Shown: positions 1 through 9,604, counted from the stretch's first letter. The stretch: DNA of 64,000 bases from an uncultured Acidobacteriota bacterium (GCA_963804995.1 CAWDSK010000003.1:320001-384000); one strand, 5' to 3'. The notes: generated by a model not told the origin, from the sequence alone. Translations and numbers: made by a program.

Positions 1-1307
1 ACACCATTCACGAAATCGGGTGGCTTCAGGATTTCCAAACCAACGTGGTGCAGAAGAATCGCAAAGCTTCCCTCCAGCTCCTGCGCTTACAGGATGACAC
101 CTATCAACTTGCCGTCTCGCTTCGCGACATGACCCTTCCGGAAAGCCGTTACCCCATCTTCTATTGGAAGGGTGAGTTTTCGCGGTTGCGCCAGGACATG
201 GACAACGCCTTGGCGCTCGAAGCTCAATACGCCGTAAACACTCCCCCCGGCGAGGAGCGGCGGAAACAACTGCGCGGCGTCCTCGACAACTTCTGGCTGC
301 TCGCCGACGAAGCGTTCGAACTGGCGGATCATGGCCACGAGGATTCCGCCCGCTACCTCATCCGCTCCCAACTCGAAGAGCAGCGCGAGACCATCTCCCG
401 AGTCGTATCGCAATTGCTGAGTTTGAACGACCAGGCGCAGCAGGAAGCCGGGCAGCACGTCAGCCTTGTTTACGGCAGAGTCTCAAAGGACATCTTGCTG
501 CTTATCGGAGTGCTGCTCGGGGTCGCGCTGGCCACCGGGCTGTACACACTGCAAGCCAGCCGCAAGACTTTTACGCGCCTGCACCACCTCGCGGAACAAC
601 TGCAATCGCAATCCGAGCAACTGCGCATGCTCTCCTGGAAGTTGATCGACGTGCAGGAGCAGACCCTGCGCCACGTGGCGCGCGATTTGCACGACCACTT
701 TGGCCAGATCCTCACGGCGATTGGCGTCATGCTGGGGCGGGCAGGCCAGAAAGCGCTGGACAAGGACCCCGTCTTCGTCCAGGATGTCGGAGCCGTCAAG
801 AAAATTGTGGAAGACACTTTGCAGAGCGTTCGGGACGAATCCCAAATCTTTCGTCCCGCCATCCTGGATGATTTTGGGCTGCAACAAACGCTCGAATGGT
901 TCGTGGAACAATTCTCGCGCCAGACGGGCGTAAACGTCCATTACAAGGGGAAACTCCCGGACGGCTTCCTCCCGCCGGAGGCGGCCATCCACGTTTATCG
1001 CATCGTACAGGAAAGCTTGAGCAATGTAGCGCGCCATTCCGGCGCTCGCGAGGCCTGGGTGAAGCTCGAAGAAAAGGATGACCAACTAAACCTGGAAATC
1101 CGCGATAATGGGAGGGGCTTCGAGGCCGACGCGGACGCCAGAAGAACCGCGGGTCAGGGCATGGGGTTGATGGGAATGCGTGAACGCGCCGAGCACTTGA
1201 ACGGCTCCTTCTCCATACGTTCTTCGCCTGCGAAGGGAACCACCGTGAGTATCCGGGTTCCACTGCCGCGGCCCTCGATGCACCCACTTTCAGAAGAAGC
1301 GAGTTGA
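1..1307 (+). CDS. Membrane sensor histidine kinase, NarX/UhpB-like (HisKA_3 + HATPase_c); 5' end outside the window
   Basis: Frame is open from position 3. TM segment ILLLIGVLLGVALATGL, H-box VARDLHDHFGQ, N-box QESLSNVARH, G-boxes DNGRGF and GMGLMGMRER. Confidence 0.92.
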   Translation, partial: TIHEIGWLQDFQTNVVQKNRKASLQLLRLQDDTYQLAVSLRDMTLPESRYPIFYWKGEFSRLRQDMDNALALEAQYAVNTPPGEERRKQLRGVLDNFWLLADEAFELADHGHEDSARYLIRSQLEEQRETISRVVSQLLSLNDQAQQEAGQHVSLVYGRVSKDILLLIGVLLGVALATGLYTLQASRKTFTRLHHLAEQLQSQSEQLRMLSWKLIDVQEQTLRHVARDLHDHFGQILTAIGVMLGRAGQKALDKDPVFVQDVGAVKKIVEDTLQSVRDESQIFRPAILDDFGLQQTLEWFVEQFSRQTGVNVHYKGKLPDGFLPPEAAIHVYRIVQESLSNVARHSGAREAWVKLEEKDDQLNLEIRDNGRGFEADADARRTAGQGMGLMGMRERAEHLNGSFSIRSSPAKGTTVSIRVPLPRPSMHPLSEEAS

Positions 1308-1310
1308 AGC

Positions 1311-1985
1311 ATGGCAGCACCAGAAACCGAAAAGAAGATTCGCGTCCTGCTTGCTGAGGATCACACCCTGGTACGGCAGGGATTTCGCCGCATCCTGGAA
1401 GATGATCCCCAGGTCACCGTGGTGGGAGAGGCGAGCACAGGCCTGGAAGCAATTGAGCTGTGCAAAACCCTGAAGCCGGAAGTCGTGGTGATGGACCTTT
1501 CCATGCCCGACCTCGGGGGTCTGGAGGCCACGGCGGAAATTCTCAAGGCCGAACCGCGCGTCAAAATCCTCATCCTCAGCATGTACTCGAATGAAGCTTA
1601 TATCCGCAAAGCTTTCGAGCTCGGCGCCAAGGGCTACATGCTGAAGAATGCCATCGAGGTCGACCTGAACCGCGCCGTGAAAGCGCTCGCCGAAAACGAA
1701 GTTTATTTCAGTCCCGGCATTTCGCAAATTGTTTTGGAAAGTTTGAAGTCAGGATCTTTTCGCGATTCCACGCAAGAACCTTACGAACGCCTCACGCTCC
1801 GTGAGAAGGAAGTCCTGCAACTCATCGCGCAAGGAAAATCCAACAAGGAAATTGCCATCCTGCTCAACATCAGCGTCAATACCGTGGCCGTGCATCGCGC
1901 CCGGGTGATGGAAACCCTCAACCTTCACCGCACTGCGGAACTGGTCCTCTTCGCTGTGAAAAAGGGTCTGGTGCAGGCAGACTAG
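1311..1985 (+). CDS. NarL/FixJ-family response regulator (REC + LuxR HTH)
   Basis: AEDHTLVRQG, VMDLSMP, LTLREKEVLQLIAQGKSNKEIA; starts 3 nt after the kinase stop. Confidence 0.95.
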   Translation: MAAPETEKKIRVLLAEDHTLVRQGFRRILEDDPQVTVVGEASTGLEAIELCKTLKPEVVVMDLSMPDLGGLEATAEILKAEPRVKILILSMYSNEAYIRKAFELGAKGYMLKNAIEVDLNRAVKALAENEVYFSPGISQIVLESLKSGSFRDSTQEPYERLTLREKEVLQLIAQGKSNKEIAILLNISVNTVAVHRARVMETLNLHRTAELVLFAVKKGLVQAD

Positions 1986-2091
1986 CGCCAAGTGTGATCC
2001 CGCTAGCGCCAGTCCTTGTCATCGAACCTCTTCAGGCTGGTGCTGTCGTCCATCAAAAACAAGAATAGCGCTGCGCGGCGGATCGACAAGT

Positions 2092-2197
2092 AAAAAGTCC
2101 ATGCGTAAAACGCAAGGAGGTTGGGAATTTGGTGGGACCTCGCTCGCTATGCCCCGCGGAGAGCAACAAGTGGGACAGTCCCACTTTGCGAAATCGT
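2092..2197. repeat. ~110-bp dispersed intergenic repeat, copy 1 (copy 2 at 56273-56383)
   Basis: Identical 24-nt core CGCTATGCCCCGCGGAGAGCAACA with similar flanks in both copies; this copy has the hairpin AAGTGGGAC-A-GTCCCACTT. Confidence 0.8.
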
Positions 2198-2264
2198 CCC
2201 CCCGAAAAGCGCAATTTTATGCGATGGCACTGCCGACGCCGGTGGGGAGCGGTGACACTTTCCG

Positions 2265-2996
2265 CTACTTGATCCCCAAAACCTCGCGGCGGCCGGAGCG
2301 GGTCAGGAAGGTCTTTACGTTGCCTCCGGGGAAGAGGCGTTCCACTTCGCGGTTGGTCACGGCGGGATAGGGAAACGCCATCTGCTGGTCATTCGCGACC
2401 CCGAGCGCCGTCAAGCTTTCGAACCACCAGCGTGCCCCGGCGCCCACTGTCATTTGCGGCTCGCGCAGGATGCCAAACAGCACTCCGCCGGGCTGCAGGT
2501 AGGAGTGCAAACGCTCAACCAAGGCCGGCAGCGCCTCCCGTGGGAGCAGATCCAGCAGGCCCCAGCAGCAGATCGCCGCGAGCGACTCAGGAGGGATGGG
2601 GGGAAGCTGGGCCAGGAAATCCGCAGTCAGGAAAACCGGTATTTTCCCCTGACGCGACCAGAAGGCCGGGTCGTTGCACTGGGCCGGAGTCACGAGGTCC
2701 GCGACGTAGAGCTTGGCGCCGCGCAGCAGCAAGACATCCAAGGTGGATTGGTAGACGCGCCCGCATTCCAGAATAGGAGGGTTGCGCATGTGGGAGAGGT
2801 ACTGCCACAGCCACTGGAGACCATGGCTGGTCGCCGGCGAGACAGGCGGGGTTCGCCGGGTATCCGTCTGGCTTTTAGTTTGCCCCATTTCATGCCGCAC
2901 GCGGGAACCCGGGAATTGCGCCAGGAAGCGGGTATCCAGGTTGTGGTCGCTCAAGCCCTTTACGACTGGCGCGCCTCTCCGACGAGCCGCATTCAT
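2265..2996 (-). CDS. Hypothetical protein, class I SAM-methyltransferase-like fold
   Basis: ILECG-like motif and ICCWGLLDLL...YLQPGG; start overlaps the bactofilin stop. Confidence 0.6.
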   Translation of the reverse strand: MNAARRRGAPVVKGLSDHNLDTRFLAQFPGSRVRHEMGQTKSQTDTRRTPPVSPATSHGLQWLWQYLSHMRNPPILECGRVYQSTLDVLLLRGAKLYVADLVTPAQCNDPAFWSRQGKIPVFLTADFLAQLPPIPPESLAAICCWGLLDLLPREALPALVERLHSYLQPGGVLFGILREPQMTVGAGARWWFESLTALGVANDQQMAFPYPAVTNREVERLFPGGNVKTFLTRSGRREVLGIK

Positions 2997-3514
2997 TAAG
3001 CGCTGGTCTTCAAGACGCGGGAGCCGGACGCATCCGGCGCGATCCCCTGCCCCCCCTCGCGCGCAATATCGATACTGCCCTTAAAGTAAGCGCCATCTTC
3101 GATAGCCACGCTGCCGGCGAGCAGATCACCCACCACGTGTCCGCTGCGGCGAATCTCAATCTTTTCACGCGCTGTGACATTGCCGGTCACGGAGCCGAGG
3201 ATCACCACCTGCCGGGCATGGACTTCCGCCTTGACGTGACCCTCCGTGCCCACGGTCAGGCAATGGTCGTCGAGACCGATGTTGCCCTCGAACTGCCCTT
3301 CAATCAGCAAATCCTCTTCCGAGGATAGTTGCCCTTTTACCGTCACCGAGCGGCCCAGGAAGGTATGCTGGCTGCCGGAGGCCGGGGGATTCGTCAGCTT
3401 TAACGTCGATTCACTCATAGGGGTTTCCAAAGGAGGAGGGAGAGGCGCCGGAGTCTCTTCAAACATAATTCTGGGGGGCTGTGCATCCGGCCGAGTTTTC
3501 TTCTCCCACCACAT
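2996..3514 (-). CDS. Bactofilin (polymer-forming cytoskeletal protein)
   Basis: TFLGRSVTVKGQL...LLIEGQFEGNI...GHVVGDL...IEDGAYFKGSI beta-helix repeats. Confidence 0.92.
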   Translation of the reverse strand: MWWEKKTRPDAQPPRIMFEETPAPLPPPLETPMSESTLKLTNPPASGSQHTFLGRSVTVKGQLSSEEDLLIEGQFEGNIGLDDHCLTVGTEGHVKAEVHARQVVILGSVTGNVTAREKIEIRRSGHVVGDLLAGSVAIEDGAYFKGSIDIAREGGQGIAPDASGSRVLKTSA

Positions 3515-3655
3515 CGCAAAGTTTAGGGGAGACGATAACCAATCCGGCGCCGCCCCGTCGAAACCATCTTAACCTGCCTGCGCCGATAGTTCAATCTCCT
3601 GCGCCGACCTAATTTGCACGTAGCGCCGCCCGACACCCGCGGCGATGAATTCGTC

Positions 3656-3691
3656 TTACCACGTGAACTTCAGCGCCAGTTGGATGATCTG
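3656..3691 (-). pseudogene. Possible 3' remnant of a TonB-dependent receptor gene
   Basis: Minus strand reads QIIQLALKFTW-stop, resembling the C-terminal strand of acidobacterial TonB-dependent receptors; no upstream ORF. Confidence 0.35.
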
Positions 3692-4060
3692 GTTTTAGAG
3701 GGGCCTTTGGGCAATTTGATGGTGGATAAACCACAAATGTCAACTAAAAGGCGGTCATAAGGGCAATGGGCGAAGGGGCAGCATTGGGGCAAAATGTCCG
3801 GACAGAGGCAGCCTGGCGACATTGTGTCTGTCTCTGGACATCAAGGGGTAACCCAACCTTCTGACGCCCGGAGGCCTTTCAACGAACGACAGTCTCTGTC
3901 AGAGTGCTGCTGCTCGGAGCGCCGCTAGTCCCGTCGCTCGCCGCCGGCGGCGACACGTCCCAATCGTGGCGCGTCTTTGTCGGATCTACGGGGAAAATCA
4001 AGAGAATCACCGGCGATGCGGCGATGTACCCTCCGAATGGGCTCAAGGCAAGGTAGTAGT

Positions 4061-4570
4061 AAGGCGGCAGCTTCGCGGCCGCAGTCCAAGGTCACTTCGT
4101 AACAAAGGCACCGGGCCAGCCGCCGTGGGCTTCGATTACTTTGTCGATTTCGGCCATCAGGCGGATGGTCTCTTTCAGGGCGACGACGATCTTCTGGTAG
4201 TGGGCGATGTCTTCTTCGGAAAGCACCCGGCCGCGGCGGTCCTTAAGCCACTTCTCGCAGACCTGATAGCCGCCAATGTGGAAGTTCCACACGTTTTCGG
4301 GAACGCCCTCGAACCAGCGCTGGGCGTTGATGTAGACTTTCCCAGGGCGCGAAGCGCTTTGGACTGCGGCCGCGAAGCTGCCGCTTTTGTCTGTGGAATC
4401 TCTTGTCCCGCCCTCGATTGAGGCGCCGGGTTGGCCGTTCGAACTTTGGACTGCGGGAGCAGCAGCTCCCGCTTTGGTCTTGCCCGTCTTGGAGGCGCGA
4501 TCGTTTGGGAACGAACCCAAAGCGGCAGCTTCGCGACCGCAGTCCAAAGCGGCTTCGCCGCGGCAGTCTA
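4061..4570. repeat. Cluster of RAYT-associated REPs (GGACTGCGGCCGCGAAGCTGCCGCTTT type)
   Basis: Copies at 4061-4089 (rev), 4361-4388, 4448-4475, 4519-4545 (rev) and a partial at 4546-4570; all but the first lie inside the MTase ORF (ALDCGREAAA, SGSFAAAVQS). Confidence 0.9.
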
Positions 4571-7025
4571 AATCATAGGCCGTAGAGGGCGGCGACGCGC
4601 TCGTTGATTTCCGCTTCGACTTCTGCCATCTCCGAACGCGGACGGGTGTATGCAACTCGCCCCCTTCTTTCTTCGAAAAATGGATAATGACGTTGTTAAT
4701 GCCTGCATCGAAGAGATCTATGTCTGAACAAAAATCGATGCGCTCAAGCCAAGACTTGGTGAGGAAAAAACTGTGAGACTTGCGCGCATATTTTGCTGTG
4801 CAGTAGGAATCGGAGACTATATAGGTCATGCGCCCGCTAGTGGCTAGCAACTGAAAGGCTCGCTCGAGGAATGGGATGTACAAGTCCCACTTCTCGTAAA
4901 GAGTTTCGTAGACTCCAGACTCCGCAAGACTGGTGCGGTATTCTCTCCAATTTGCTATCGCGTGTTGTCGACCCTCTTCATCCTGAATGTGGTTGAACGG
5001 TGCATCAGCCCGCACGAAAGGCGGGTTCGCAAGGATTACGTCGAATCCCCCCATCAAGAAGACTTCTGCGAAGTCCACACCCCAGTCAAAGCCGTCAACA
5101 GCACCTCCAGCGCGCGCCCAGCCGCGTATCGTCTCACGGCACTGGTCAATCTGCTTACGCAACTCGATCTTACGGCCATGATGAGCGGTCAGGAACTCCG
5201 CTTTGAGTTTCAGGTACTCATCGATCAGAGGCTTACGGAAGCCCTGGTCGAGTCCGCCCGACGGAGCGGGAACGGTAAGGCTGTCTCCGGTCTCAATCTT
5301 GAAGTCGAGGTTCGGCAGGGGCGGAGGGTTGTCGCCTTCATACTCGACGGCCAGTGAAAGCCATAGGCGCAAGCGGGCGATATTCACCGCGAAGACATCG
5401 AGATCGACGCCGTAGAGATTGTTCTGAATAATTTGGAGTTTGCGCGCGAAGTTCGAAATGGCGTCGAGCTTGCGTGTGGCAAAGAGACAAGTGCGCAGGT
5501 CGAGTAATTCATGAAGCATCCCGAGCAGATAGGCGCCGCTGCCGCAAGCCGGATCGCACACCTTGACTTTGCGCAGTGCTTCAAGTACCGGCTCCGGGTT
5601 TCTTAAGCCTTCCGGGTTGTGCTCTTCCACAAACCGCTCAATAGACTCCGGGGTCTCGGAAGGCAATTGCGAGCACAGATAACCCTTCAGCGCTTCCCGG
5701 CACATGAATGAAACCACGGGCTTGGGGGTGTAGTAGCTACCCGTCTCGTGCCGCCCCGTAACCAGCTCTTCAAAGACCTTGCCCAACATCTCCGGGTCAA
5801 CCGCCACTTCCACATCGAGTGGCGTACTTTCCATTACCGTGAAATTGAAGCGGTTGAAAAGCTCATTGAGGACGGCGCCGATCGCTTCGTCCGGCACGTG
5901 GATCGTGGAATCTTTGTCGTCCTCAACTTCTTCAAATAATCCGCCATTCAGGTAAGGCACCTTGCCGATGGTGGCTTTCAAGTCGCCGCCGCGATTGATA
6001 CCAATAATGTCAACTTCACCCGCCGTGCTGAGACCATGAAAGAACAATCGTTTCAGCCGGTCGGCATAGAAATTCCGGCGCTTATCCTTTTCCTCCTGAT
6101 CACCACGCATCCCCAGTTTAGCATCACCACTTAATTTCCTGCTCAGCACCACCCCGTCGCTCGGCGCGCCACCCCTCCTCATCTGAGGAGGGGAGTTCTC
6201 TGAACAACCTCCCTGCTGATACCCGTTCCAAAAGGCGGAAAGATAGTCGGTGTTCCCGTCGAAGCTCAGCCAGCCTTTCTTCTGAATGAAGGCAATGAAC
6301 ATAAGCCGGTTGAAAAGCCGCTGAGTGAAAAGCCGCTTGCGTTCGGCATTGGGGATGCCTTCAATGAGGCTTTCGACGTTGTGAAACACCCGGTCGTATT
6401 CCCGGAAGAACTCTCTCGATAGTTTTTCTTTATCAAACGCGCGCAGCCACTTCTCACGCCACGCCGCGGCGTCCTTTACATCGTCGGGCCACTCCAAATG
6501 AGGAAGGTTTTCCTGAATCAGCGTTCGGTTGGGTGAGTCCGGGCTCCAGCCGAAAGAGGTCAGGCGAGCGGCGCGGCCTTTCTCCTTCGGTTGGGCAAAG
6601 TGCACAAAGACATAGTGCTGCCAAGCGTGAGTGCAGATGAACAGCAGGTCCTCACGCTGCCATGAAGCAAGAGCTGCGGATTTGGTTCGCGCCGCTACGA
6701 GCCCGCGCAATACCTGGCGAAGAACACCCGTCATGCTGCGCCCCGTCGTGAAAGCGTCCGGGTGCTTGAATTGCAGGACGAAAATACCCCAGGGTTGGCC
6801 CTTGGCAAGAGGCTGTATTTGCCAAATGCGGCTGTCCACTACCTTCTGGGCCAAGCCGCTCGCCCTTAAGTCTTCGGCCGACCACGAGTAGGAAACGTCA
6901 TCTACATTCTGGGGGTCTCCAATCTGCCAGCCGAGAGCACCAGTTAGAAGAAGACTCAGGAAGGACTCTTGCCCGCGAACCTTGGTGAGTGCTGCCTGAA
7001 TCGTCAGTTGGAGATCGGTTGCCAT
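4092..7025 (-). CDS. N6-adenine DNA methyltransferase (Eco57I/type IIG-like), apparently chimeric with a type ISP-like C-terminal segment; contains in-frame palindromic repeats
   Basis: YLNGGLFE, DPEMLGKVFE, GSYYTP, motif I DPACGSGAYL, motif IV NPPF; C-terminus VYIN..FEGVPENVWNFHIGGYQVCEKWLKDR. Likely start is MATDLQ at 7025. Confidence 0.85.
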   Translation of the reverse strand: MATDLQLTIQAALTKVRGQESFLSLLLTGALGWQIGDPQNVDDVSYSWSAEDLRASGLAQKVVDSRIWQIQPLAKGQPWGIFVLQFKHPDAFTTGRSMTGVLRQVLRGLVAARTKSAALASWQREDLLFICTHAWQHYVFVHFAQPKEKGRAARLTSFGWSPDSPNRTLIQENLPHLEWPDDVKDAAAWREKWLRAFDKEKLSREFFREYDRVFHNVESLIEGIPNAERKRLFTQRLFNRLMFIAFIQKKGWLSFDGNTDYLSAFWNGYQQGGCSENSPPQMRRGGAPSDGVVLSRKLSGDAKLGMRGDQEEKDKRRNFYADRLKRLFFHGLSTAGEVDIIGINRGGDLKATIGKVPYLNGGLFEEVEDDKDSTIHVPDEAIGAVLNELFNRFNFTVMESTPLDVEVAVDPEMLGKVFEELVTGRHETGSYYTPKPVVSFMCREALKGYLCSQLPSETPESIERFVEEHNPEGLRNPEPVLEALRKVKVCDPACGSGAYLLGMLHELLDLRTCLFATRKLDAISNFARKLQIIQNNLYGVDLDVFAVNIARLRLWLSLAVEYEGDNPPPLPNLDFKIETGDSLTVPAPSGGLDQGFRKPLIDEYLKLKAEFLTAHHGRKIELRKQIDQCRETIRGWARAGGAVDGFDWGVDFAEVFLMGGFDVILANPPFVRADAPFNHIQDEEGRQHAIANWREYRTSLAESGVYETLYEKWDLYIPFLERAFQLLATSGRMTYIVSDSYCTAKYARKSHSFFLTKSWLERIDFCSDIDLFDAGINNVIIHFSKKEGGELHTPVRVRRWQKSKRKSTSASPPSTAYDLDCRGEAALDCGREAAALGSFPNDRASKTGKTKAGAAAPAVQSSNGQPGASIEGGTRDSTDKSGSFAAAVQSASRPGKVYINAQRWFEGVPENVWNFHIGGYQVCEKWLKDRRGRVLSEEDIAHYQKIVVALKETIRLMAEIDKVIEAHGGWPGAFVTK
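6143..6199. repeat. Family B palindromic repeat (CCCCTCCTCATCTGAGGAGGGG) in-frame in the MTase
   Basis: Same unit is intergenic at 14467-14560 and 29388-29625; translates as NSPPQMRRGGAPSDGVVL. Confidence 0.85.
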
Positions 7026-7035
7026 TGAGTCACCA

Positions 7036-7098
7036 TTATTTGACCAGCGAAGGAAAGCTCTTGATGGAGCGGAGACGTTCAATATCCACGTCACTCAT
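7036..7098 (-). pseudogene. 20-codon stub resembling the N-terminus of a type ISP-like restriction-modification enzyme
   Basis: MSDVDIERLRSIKSFPSLVK-stop, ending 10 nt before the MTase start; family similarity is from recall, not a search. Confidence 0.5.
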
Positions 7099-7130
7099 AA
7101 ACATCCGCTTTCCCTGCGCGAAGCGCTTTT

Positions 7131-7963
7131 GGACTGCGGCCGCGAAGCTGCCGCTTTAACCCTTCGGTGTGAACGAGATTTCCTGAAAGAAAATGGCAGA
7201 TTACGAATGTAAAAAGCGGCAGCTTCGCGATCGCACTCCAAAATGACATCAAGACGAAAGCGGCAGCTTCGCGGCCGCACTCCAAAAGCTTCGCTGTCAC
7301 TCAAGGTCCGGTTGCCAGTCAACTTCGAAATCGTCGGGCACACTCACGCGATCAGACTTAAACGCCATTACGGTCTTGTAAAAAGCTGTCGTCGCGCGGC
7401 GCTCGAACCAGCCGGCTGAGCACCATGGATAAAGTGATGGCTCCGCCACCAGCCGGTGATGCACAGGGTTGGTATGCACGTAATTCAACCGCGCATAGTA
7501 CGACTTGGGAAAGGTCAGGTGAGTATCCCGATATTGGAACCACACCTGCCGGCCAGGAGTGGCATCCCACCGATTCGCTTCCATTGCCGTGTCGGAATGA
7601 AGCTTCTTGAGGAAAAGGACAAGGCTATCGGCGCTCGGCGGCGACATGGCCACAAAGTGATAATGGTTGGAGAATACCGCCCAGGCCTGGAGATTCCAAC
7701 TGTAGGCTGCAGCCAGGTTTAATAGGGAATCGTGTAGGAACCGTAGCCGCTGGGTTCCTCGAAAGCGATGTTCCTTCAGATAGGTGCTACAGGTGACCAT
7801 GTAGGACCCAGCTTCCGCTAGTCGATGCACCGGACTGTGTGGCCAATCACTCATTTGGACTGCGGTCGCGTAGCTACCGCTTTAATCCTTTCGCGTCAAT
7901 GACAAATCTTGATGAAGACGGCAACATCTAAAATCTAAAGCGGCAGCTTCGCGGCCGCACTCC
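7131..7963. mobile_element. REPtron: RAYT gene flanked by inverted REP groups
   Basis: REPs at 7131-7157, 7213-7239 (rev), 7257-7283 (rev) on one side and 7857-7883, 7937-7963 (rev) on the other, with GGAC/GGAG heads. Confidence 0.88.
7297..7854 (-). CDS. REP-associated tyrosine transposase (RAYT/TnpA-REP, Y1 HUH)
   Basis: YMVTCST, HUH motif VFSNHYH, catalytic Tyr in LNYVHTNPV, YPWCS; REP directly upstream of the ATG. Confidence 0.92.
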   Translation of the reverse strand: MSDWPHSPVHRLAEAGSYMVTCSTYLKEHRFRGTQRLRFLHDSLLNLAAAYSWNLQAWAVFSNHYHFVAMSPPSADSLVLFLKKLHSDTAMEANRWDATPGRQVWFQYRDTHLTFPKSYYARLNYVHTNPVHHRLVAEPSLYPWCSAGWFERRATTAFYKTVMAFKSDRVSVPDDFEVDWQPDLE

Positions 7964-8402
7964 AAATTAAGACAATGACCTCCATCCGAGCGTGGGTGAT
8001 GTAAGCCTTGGCGTGGAACTTTTGTTTGCGATAGACGCGGCAGGCAATCTTTCCGGAGCGGATGGCCTCAACGATGGCGGGAACGCCGGCGAGGAAATCA
8101 TTCTTCAGCTTTTCCGCTTCCAGGCTGTCATCCAACTTGTCTTTGATGTGAGCCAATCCCTCGGCAAGCGCGTTCTTTGTCTTTCGTGAGACCTCATCGC
8201 CCATCAGGATTCGAAAATGGTCCACCTTCTGCCATTCGTCCTTCAGGGCAAGCAGCGAGCCAATTTCAAAATAGCCTGTGGCGCAGTCGATGGATTGGGA
8301 GAGCTGGCACCAGTCGTGGAGGTAGCGCAGGACCTTCCAGTCCTCGTCGCTGTTATCGACAATGAAAAGCTCGCTGCCGCTAACGCTGGTTCGTTTTGGC
8401 AC
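7935..8402 (-). pseudogene. Truncated PLD-nuclease N-terminal domain of a PLD-SNF2-type helicase
   Basis: IVDNSD, ATGYFEIG, FHAKAYI. The protein stops a few residues later by reading into the REP at 7937-7963; the expected GSSN motif and helicase domains are absent. Confidence 0.75.
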
Positions 8403-8818
8403 CGCTTACGCCCCCTTGCCCATTTTGGCGGCGACCCGACCTAACGGACAATTGTGTTTACCCAAGGATCCTGTATTGACTTCGCAGCCAGGCGATTAAT
8501 GTACGCCTGACCGCCTCCGCCTGCAATGCTTCAACTTTGTTGTGCGTACAGGGTACCTGTAGCGACCATAGCCCTCTCCCGTGGGGTCGTAGATCCGCCG
8601 AGGCGGGAGAGGGTGGCCGACGGAGGAGGTCGGGTGAGGGGTCTTTTGCACAAGGCGTCGACGGCTCTCGCGATGGCGTTGAGCCCCTTCGAGGGGCCAG
8701 CACCCAATCTCGAATAACGCCCTATGAAAAACGTGAGGGGCCCATCCCTCGGGGATAGCACATCCCCGTCGTTAGTGCCCCTCATTCTATTGGCGAGGAG
8801 AAGAAGCGCCGCACCCCG

Positions 8819-9604
8819 TCACTGCTTGGTGAGCGCGGCCGTCTTCTTTTGGATGCCGTGATTGCCGCCGACGGCAAACCCGGTGAGCATCCCTTTGGCC
8901 TTCACATTGTCTTTGCCATAGGTGAAACGCAGATCGTAGGTTCCGGCCGGCAAGGGCACCTTTTGGGTGCTCCAGAAACTGACGATAGGCTGGAACTCCT
9001 GCTGGTCCGTGCCCGACTTAAAGACGTCAACATGCATGTTGTCGGCAACGTCATTTCCGCCCAGCGTGCCGAAGATGCGGACCCACTGCATGGGCGCCGC
9101 AAAGATGACTTCCGCCTTCCAGAGTTTGCCGGCCACAATGGCTACATTCCTGATCCATCCATCGCCCTTGCATACGTTACTCTCCTCATAACGGAGGCGG
9201 ATGTCCCAGGTTCCAGGCGTAACGGCAGGCTCATGAGAAGCCCAATCGCCCATCAGCGGCTTTTGTTCTTCCGGATCTGATCCCGGCTTCCAGATTTCCA
9301 GGCGGGTGTTGTCGCTGACCTCGATGGGCCCATCCAGGTCGAGAACCTTCACGCGTACGAGGCCCTTGGTCTTGTCCTCAGCTTCCTTGTCAAGGACCTT
9401 GGCCTTCACCTCTTTGACTGCGCCTGCAACCGGCAGGTCTACCGCCGTCATTGTGGTGTCACGTTCCGCTGGCGCCGGTATACCCGAGACGCCGTCCGGA
9501 GGTATCTCCGGGGGCGGTGGGCCGGCGGGCTTCTTCGAGCAACCGGTGACAAGCGCTAGCGCAAGTAACACGACACTAAACATCCTCAGGGCAAAATGGT
9601 TCAT
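8819..9604 (-). CDS. Hypothetical lipoprotein
   Basis: Signal peptide with lipobox LVTGC, Pro-rich linker, two related beta-rich halves (PGTWDIRL / AGTYDLRF). Confidence 0.7.
   Translation of the reverse strand: MNHFALRMFSVVLLALALVTGCSKKPAGPPPPEIPPDGVSGIPAPAERDTTMTAVDLPVAGAVKEVKAKVLDKEAEDKTKGLVRVKVLDLDGPIEVSDNTRLEIWKPGSDPEEQKPLMGDWASHEPAVTPGTWDIRLRYEESNVCKGDGWIRNVAIVAGKLWKAEVIFAAPMQWVRIFGTLGGNDVADNMHVDVFKSGTDQQEFQPIVSFWSTQKVPLPAGTYDLRFTYGKDNVKAKGMLTGFAVGGNHGIQKKTAALTKQ

Noticed and set aside
7091..7343. Small ORFs containing LECGREAAAF
   Set aside because: Translations of the REP cluster beside the RAYT.
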